The translations under genes were made by a program, and so were the position numbers. A stretch of DNA of 64,000 bases from an uncultured Gammaproteobacteria bacterium (GTDB lineage Bacteria; Patescibacteriota; Microgenomatia; Levybacterales; UBA12049), in the NCBI GenBank assembly GCA_964637955.1, contig CAZWXQ010000001.1, positions 292,849 to 356,848 on the forward strand. The letters run 5' to 3'. The notes under the pieces were generated by a model. It was not told where the DNA came from, searched no databases, and saw only the letters and a list, made by a program, of their open reading frames with translations. Below are positions 59,021 through 64,000 of this stretch, piece by piece (within the stretch, counting starts at the first letter, position 1; every line of letters starts with the position of its first letter).

Positions 59021-59050
59021 TTGACAATTAGTTTAAGTCATGGCAATAAT
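59021..59050 (+). promoter_or_regulatory. candidate promoter for major pilin gene (TTGACA-18-AATAAT)
   Basis: TTGACA 59021-59026; AATAAT 59045-59050; start codon 10 nt downstream (short leader, no SD). Confidence 0.3.
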
Positions 59051-59059
59051 AGATTATAA

Positions 59060-59536
59060 ATGAAAAACATAAGTGCAAATAATTCAAAAAGAGGTTTCAC
59101 ATTAATAGAGCTTTTAGTAGTAATTGGTATTCTCGCTATTCTTCTTTCAATTGTTCTTATTGCTATTAATCCAGCAAGACAATTTGGACAAGCAAATGAT
59201 ACAAAAAGAACAAGTGCAGTAACGCAAATCCTTAATGCAATCGGTGCATATCAAGCAAGTAACAAGGGAAATCTACCTGCAGAGGTATCAGGTTTAACAG
59301 TTGGCACACCGGAATTACTTAATGATACTAATTTTCCAAATCTTTGTGCAGAATTAGTTCCAGATTATATCCCAGCTCTTCCTACAGATCCATCACTTAA
59401 CACTCCTGATATCGAATTGGCTGATTGCGGAGCATACAATACTGGATACACGATTACATTAAAAGCAAACAATAGAGTTACTATTACAGCTCCTCAAACA
59501 GAAGTAGCAGCAACTCCAATCGAGATCACAAGATAA
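59060..59536 (+). CDS. type IV major pilin (PilA-like)
   Basis: 158 aa; short leader MKNISANNSKRG|FTLIELLVVIGILAILLSIVLIAINP, Cys pair near C-terminus (C...C) for a disulfide loop. Confidence 0.8.
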   Translation: MKNISANNSKRGFTLIELLVVIGILAILLSIVLIAINPARQFGQANDTKRTSAVTQILNAIGAYQASNKGNLPAEVSGLTVGTPELLNDTNFPNLCAELVPDYIPALPTDPSLNTPDIELADCGAYNTGYTITLKANNRVTITAPQTEVAATPIEITR

Positions 59537-59568
59537 CTTGTAAAATCTTCAGAATTTAAGCATCATTT

Positions 59569-60627
59569 TTAATCACTTATATTAAAATAGTGAATTGGTA
59601 TATCAAGGAAAGGATTGAAAGCAATAATAAATCTGTCAGGAGTTAATCCCAACTGTGATTTAAGATTTTTAAAGTAAGCAACTTGTGTCTCAATCATTGC
59701 AAGATCAACAGAGCTGATGTCTGAATTCCTAATTATTTCGGGTACAGAAACACCAATCATTCCACTTTCCATTCTGCTTGTCTGATCATGGACAGCTAAT
59801 ATCATTTCTTCTATTACCGGAAGTCTATCTTTTCCTTTAGGCATGCCTGTTTTAACTAAAGTTTCTGCATGGGCGGTCATTATTTGTTCTTCGTGTTCTG
59901 TCTCAGCTGTTGAGCTTGGAATTTCCAAAAAATCCATTCGAGAAACTTTTTCTCTAATAATTAATCCCGCTTGAGTTTGATCCATTTCTTCATCTCCGGT
60001 TACTAGAAGTTTATTTTCTCTAAGAAATTCAATAAGATTTTCATTTCGTATTAAAAAAATTCCATCACTTGACTTTTCCATTATTTTTTTTCTGATTTCT
60101 AAGGCTTTTTTTTCAATTCGAGGGTCTGCTACTAGAGCTATATAGAAAGTATCTACTTTATGTTCAGGATTCTCAGCTCTTAGCCTTAAGGTGCTTAGTC
60201 CTCTATCGGTTACTCCTACTCCAACATTTTCTGCAATTAATACTTTTCCTTCAGGAAGTTTCGCCAATCTTTTTTCGATCATATCATGATAATGATAAGA
60301 GAAAGGAATAGACCATTCTGTATCCCAGTATGATCTTGGTCCTATGTCATATTTTTCTTGTGTATCGACCAGAGCATCATCAAAAAATATGGTATCTGCA
60401 GATTTTTGGCCATTAGTTAGAGAAGGAAGTGCAGCGCCAAATTGAGTTACAACAGTAGTTTTGCCACCCCTGGGTGGGCCAAATATCTCTATCAATTCAA
60501 TTTCATTTTCACTAATTTCAAATATGATTCTCTCTAATATACTTTTACCATTACCTTCAACTATGTTTCTTAAAATTTCCGTAGCGGGTTCAGGCGGTGG
60601 AAGCGGTTCTGTAAAAATTTCATGCAT
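59569..60627 (-). CDS. P-loop NTPase-domain hypothetical protein
   Basis: GPPRGGKTTVV Walker A at about aa 50; 352 aa; 8-bp overlap with the upstream His-phosphatase gene. Confidence 0.45.
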   Translation of the reverse strand: MHEIFTEPLPPPEPATEILRNIVEGNGKSILERIIFEISENEIELIEIFGPPRGGKTTVVTQFGAALPSLTNGQKSADTIFFDDALVDTQEKYDIGPRSYWDTEWSIPFSYHYHDMIEKRLAKLPEGKVLIAENVGVGVTDRGLSTLRLRAENPEHKVDTFYIALVADPRIEKKALEIRKKIMEKSSDGIFLIRNENLIEFLRENKLLVTGDEEMDQTQAGLIIREKVSRMDFLEIPSSTAETEHEEQIMTAHAETLVKTGMPKGKDRLPVIEEMILAVHDQTSRMESGMIGVSVPEIIRNSDISSVDLAMIETQVAYFKNLKSQLGLTPDRFIIAFNPFLDIPIHYFNISD

Positions 60628-61267
60628 ATATTTTAACCTTCTTATTTCGATATCTTAAATATTTAGTAGCATTATTAATATTAATTTCCATTATTTCGCC
60701 ATACTTAGGAGATCTCGAAAAATTTGGGAAGAATTTTGATTGAAAAGCCATTAAAGTTGTTTCATGTGTAATAGCAATTAAATCAGTGAGAGTCGAAACT
60801 TCTTTGGATTCAGAAAATCTATATACAGAGTCAATAACCTCAGCTGGGGTTTGAATTTTATTTTCTTTTAGAATTTCGGGCGATAATTTTATCCAAGTTT
60901 CGAGTGCATTTTGCAGAGGATAACCTAGATCTAAAACTTTATGTATTGAGTCTGCTGTTTGAAAAATTTTTCTTGCACCAGATTTTTGGAAGCTAATTTT
61001 CGATAACTTATTTTGAGTTTTTAATCTTCTTAATTCAGTCTCTAGTCGAATGCCGGACTCCTTAGCTCTTTTTCTACTGCTGTAAAAAATTCTAACAGTG
61101 TGTTCCTCATCGTCAGATATACATTCAATTATTTTGTTCGCGTTTAATAATATCTGAGAGACTCCATTTCTGCTGAGTCTGCTATTGCTGAAGCCGTATG
61201 TGACTGGCTGAGCATGCCTCATTAGGTAAATTCGAAGATACTTTTCAGTTGTGCTTGAACTTTTCAT
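60620..61267 (-). CDS. histidine phosphatase superfamily (SixA/PGM-like) protein
   Basis: IYLMRHAQP (RHG-type motif) and AITHET second His region; 4-bp overlap with the HK gene stop. Confidence 0.5.
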   Translation of the reverse strand: MKSSSTTEKYLRIYLMRHAQPVTYGFSNSRLSRNGVSQILLNANKIIECISDDEEHTVRIFYSSRKRAKESGIRLETELRRLKTQNKLSKISFQKSGARKIFQTADSIHKVLDLGYPLQNALETWIKLSPEILKENKIQTPAEVIDSVYRFSESKEVSTLTDLIAITHETTLMAFQSKFFPNFSRSPKYGEIMEININNATKYLRYRNKKVKIYA

Positions 61268-62418
61268 TTTAGCTTTGGTAATGTAACTGAAACTAAAGTG
61301 CCATGATTTTCTTCGGAAGTAACTGTTATTTTTCCATGATGTTTTATAATTATTTTTTTAATTAAATATAGTCCAAGTCCCATACCTGATTTCGTATGTC
61401 CTTTCCCCTTATAAAATTCATTAAATATATTTGGAATTTCTTCTTTTTTTATGCCAGTTCCATTATCTTCGACTGAAATTTTAATTTTTCCTTCTTGTTC
61501 ACTTAAACTAACTTGGATTAGTTTTTCCCAAACATTATGCTTTGCAGCATTATCTAGGAGATTAATTATTACTTGCATTAGCTTATTCGGGTCTCCAATT
61601 AATTTAATAACATTTAGCCCTGTTTTATTTTTAAATTGTACTTTTGATTTTTTATGACTTACCTTGAATGACTGTAATGATTTTTCTATAATCTCAACGA
61701 TATTTAATTCCTCAAACTCGAATTTAAAGTTGCCAGTTTTTATTTGGCTAAGTAATAAAAGTTCATCGATTAATTTTGTTAGTCGGGTCATTTCGTAAAG
61801 CAAGTTATTTATCCACTCGATATCAAATTCTTCTCCTTTTTTAACTTTATTTTTTAGGAGTTGAGTATAAATGTACATTGTCGTTATTGGAGTTTTGAGT
61901 TCGTGTGAGGCCATTGAAATAAATAAATCTCTTGTATTTAGCGCGTTTTCGACTTCATGATAAAGTTGTGCTTTTCTAATTGCTAGAGATGCGAAAGGAG
62001 TAATGAAATTTAATATTTCCTGATCGCTTTTAGTGAATCTTTTCTTTTTTGTATGCACAGAAATTACGCCAATTGATTTGCCTCTATTTATTAAAGGTGC
62101 CATAAGATCATATTTTGTTTCAGTATCTCCAATTTCTGGATGAATCTTATATATTTCTGAAAAGTTAAGGATTAGAGGCTTTTGAGTTTTAAAAACAGTA
62201 TAAGTGTAACCATCTTTTCGAGGACTGATAGTATTTAGATGATGGGACGTAGAGTAAACCCTTTTTAGTTGATTTTTTTCTGCCATGAATATCGACGCAT
62301 CAGTACCGTTCAATAGTAAAATTACCTCCTTAGCGATCTCTTTATAGGTAGAGTCTAGATTTAACGGTGTAAGGAACTTTAGTGTTGATTTATAGACTAA
62401 ATCTAAAGATTTTTTCAT
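61264..62418 (-). CDS. sensor histidine kinase (cytoplasmic, GAF-like N-terminal domain + HisKA + HATPase_c)
   Basis: H-box SMASHELKTPIT, N-box NLLDNAAKH, G1 DNGTGI, G2 GLGLYLIKKI; no TM helices. Confidence 0.85.
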   Translation of the reverse strand: MKKSLDLVYKSTLKFLTPLNLDSTYKEIAKEVILLLNGTDASIFMAEKNQLKRVYSTSHHLNTISPRKDGYTYTVFKTQKPLILNFSEIYKIHPEIGDTETKYDLMAPLINRGKSIGVISVHTKKKRFTKSDQEILNFITPFASLAIRKAQLYHEVENALNTRDLFISMASHELKTPITTMYIYTQLLKNKVKKGEEFDIEWINNLLYEMTRLTKLIDELLLLSQIKTGNFKFEFEELNIVEIIEKSLQSFKVSHKKSKVQFKNKTGLNVIKLIGDPNKLMQVIINLLDNAAKHNVWEKLIQVSLSEQEGKIKISVEDNGTGIKKEEIPNIFNEFYKGKGHTKSGMGLGLYLIKKIIIKHHGKITVTSEENHGTLVSVTLPKLK

Positions 62419-62426
62419 TCCGAGAT

Positions 62427-62493
62427 TATAGCATAGGATTTGTAAAGATTAGGTATGAAAAATATCCTATAGCATTTGATTTTTATAGCATTT
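62427..62493. promoter_or_regulatory. three copies of TATAGCAT(T/A) in the HK upstream region, one forming TAGCAT-ttt-ATGCTA
   Basis: Copies at 62427, 62469, 62486; candidate response-regulator binding sites. Confidence 0.3.
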
Positions 62494-62915
62494 TATGCTA
62501 AAATACACCCTTATGAACGTGTTAACAGACAGTTTGAGAGCGATAATTTGGTTTAGTTTGTGCATAATTATGGCTGTAAGTATGCTTACATTTGCACTAG
62601 TTTATTCTGGATTTTCATTCGTTTTCAAAAAGCTTGCTTGGAAAGATTTATCCCTACCTTCTCTTAAAATTGCCAGGTAGCTTCATACAAAAATCATACT
62701 GCATTTTTATTGGCCTTCGATCTAAAAGCTCTATCATTAGATCATGATAAATATAATAAAAGCTTTTAAGGAAATATGGACATATCCTCTCAGTAAGAGT
62801 GAGCAAAAACTTGCTAAAAACAACACAGATTTTGGTAAAAATGAGCTCGTAATTTCGGAATTTTTTAAATCATTTGAGGCCTTTTCTAAGCCTAGAAAGT
62901 ATAGCTTTAAATAAC

Positions 62916-63590
62916 TTATTCTCCTTTTAGAATGTAGCCAAATCCTCTTATAGATTTAATTAATTTTGGTTCAAATCCATTATCAATTTTTTTCCTCAAA
63001 TAACCAACATAAATATCTACTGAGCGAGTTTCAATATCTGGAGATGCAGACCAGATTTTGTTTAAAATCATATCGCGGGTTAGAACTTTACCTTTATTTA
63101 TTAATAAATATTCTAGAAGACGAAATTCTGTCGGGCTTAATTCGATTAGATTTTTGCCTCTTTTTACTTCATGTGTTTCCTGATTTAGTTCTAAATCAGC
63201 AATTTTTTTAATTGCATCATTTGAGCTAGTAGCTCTAAGTCTTGCTTTAATTCTTGCCATAAGTTCCTCGAGGGTGAATGGTTTTGTAACATAATCATCA
63301 GCTCCAAGATTTAGTCCTTTAACAATGTCTGCAGTATCATTTCGTGCGCTTAGAATAATTACTTTAAGCTCAGGGTATTTTTTTCTAATTTCAAGACAGA
63401 CGCTTTCACCGCTCATGTTTGGAAGGCCAAGATCTAGAAGGACTAGATCTGGTTGAGAGATGGAAATCATGTTAAGTGCTTTTATGCCATCGGATGCAGT
63501 TTGAATATGAAATCCATTTTCCTCAAGCGACTCTTTCAGATATGCTTGAAGTTCTGTTTCATCTTCAACAATGAGAATTGTGCTCATCAT
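62916..63590 (-). CDS. OmpR/PhoB-family response regulator (receiver + winged-helix)
   Basis: ILIVEDE...LVLLDLGLP...K receiver; C-terminal trans_reg_C (LTPTEFRLLEYL...V.TR..I...IW....D....RSVDIYV..LRKK). Confidence 0.9.
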   Translation of the reverse strand: MMSTILIVEDETELQAYLKESLEENGFHIQTASDGIKALNMISISQPDLVLLDLGLPNMSGESVCLEIRKKYPELKVIILSARNDTADIVKGLNLGADDYVTKPFTLEELMARIKARLRATSSNDAIKKIADLELNQETHEVKRGKNLIELSPTEFRLLEYLLINKGKVLTRDMILNKIWSASPDIETRSVDIYVGYLRKKIDNGFEPKLIKSIRGFGYILKGE

Positions 63591-63705
63591 TGAGAAATTA
63601 TAACTATTAAGCTAACAAACTGCAAATGAATTTCAATGTTCTTACAGCTTTCATACAATTTATTGATAATAGTTTTCAGATCAAAAATTTAAGATAAATG
63701 ATGTT

Positions 63706-63999
63706 ATGACTATTATTGCTTGGGTAATATTTGAAATTATGATGGGTATTATTGCAAATTCACTAGATCCTGATCCAGCATATGGAGGCATACTTGGAGC
63801 AATATTTTTGGGTTTAGCAGGAGCACTCATTGGAGGAATAATAAGCTTAATTTTTAGTAGATCTGGAATTGTTTCTAGTGTAAATTTAACAACACTTCTT
63901 ATTGCTCTGAGTGGTTCTTTTATTGTATTAATGAGGGAGATCTATATGGAAAACTTAAAAAAAGATTCTGATAAATCTACATCTTCATTTTTAAATTTA
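63706..63999 (+). CDS. GlsB/YeaQ/YmgE-family (transglycosylase-associated) small membrane protein, 3' end beyond window
   Basis: MTIIAWVIFEIMMGIIANSLDPDPAYGGILGAIFLGLAGALIGGIISLIF matches the family pattern; not in the ORF track because no stop before the window end. Confidence 0.6.
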   Translation, partial: MTIIAWVIFEIMMGIIANSLDPDPAYGGILGAIFLGLAGALIGGIISLIFSRSGIVSSVNLTTLLIALSGSFIVLMREIYMENLKKDSDKSTSSFLNL

Positions 64000-64000
64000 A

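Noticed and set aside
62495-62680. 61-aa ORF with one TM helix between the RR and HK genes
   Set aside because: No RBS, ambiguous start, lies in a region dominated by regulatory repeats. Could be a small membrane peptide, but support is insufficient to call.
1-64000. Transposases, integrases, phage genes or toxin-antitoxin pairs
   Set aside because: None of the ORFs show DDE, tyrosine/serine recombinase, terminase or capsid signatures; the only mobility-like signals are the tRNA fragment and the repeat-flanked cassette.

Overview
This 64 kb window is low-GC (roughly 30-35% by eye), gene-dense and uses the standard genetic code. The gene set looks like a reduced-genome Patescibacteria/CPR-like bacterium: archaeal-type class I LysRS, a fused PPAT/DUF359 dephospho-CoA kinase, TM-anchored solute-binding protein, truncated RNase Y and a Gram-positive-style type IV pilus locus. 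Most of the window is housekeeping: polyprenyl synthase/uppS, recA-recX, RNase Y, HU, ABC-2 transporter, tsaD, greA, kbl-tdh, lysS(class I)-rdgB, serS, secA, eno and ppsA. Two RNA genes that the ORF track cannot show are present: a tRNA-Pro(GGG) at 1816-1887 and a bacterial RNase P RNA (rnpB) at about 12506-12855. The most interesting accessory content is a type IV pilus locus (pilB, pilC, five prepilin-like genes including a 993-aa giant 'pilin', a PilM/N-like gene and a major pilin). Other notable items are several unusual domain fusions: LysRS-B3/4, PPAT-DPCK, and UvrD helicase fused to a Cas4/AddB-like Fe-S nuclease. There is a RR-HK-His-phosphatase-P-loop signalling operon. Several families of conserved non-coding repeats/palindromes are not explained by the coding annotation: upstream of hup, downstream of rnpB, flanking a hydrolase/kinase cassette, and upstream of ppsA. 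No CRISPR array, transposase or integrase was found. A tRNA-Pro 3'-end-like fragment 0.9 kb downstream of the tRNA may be an old integration scar.
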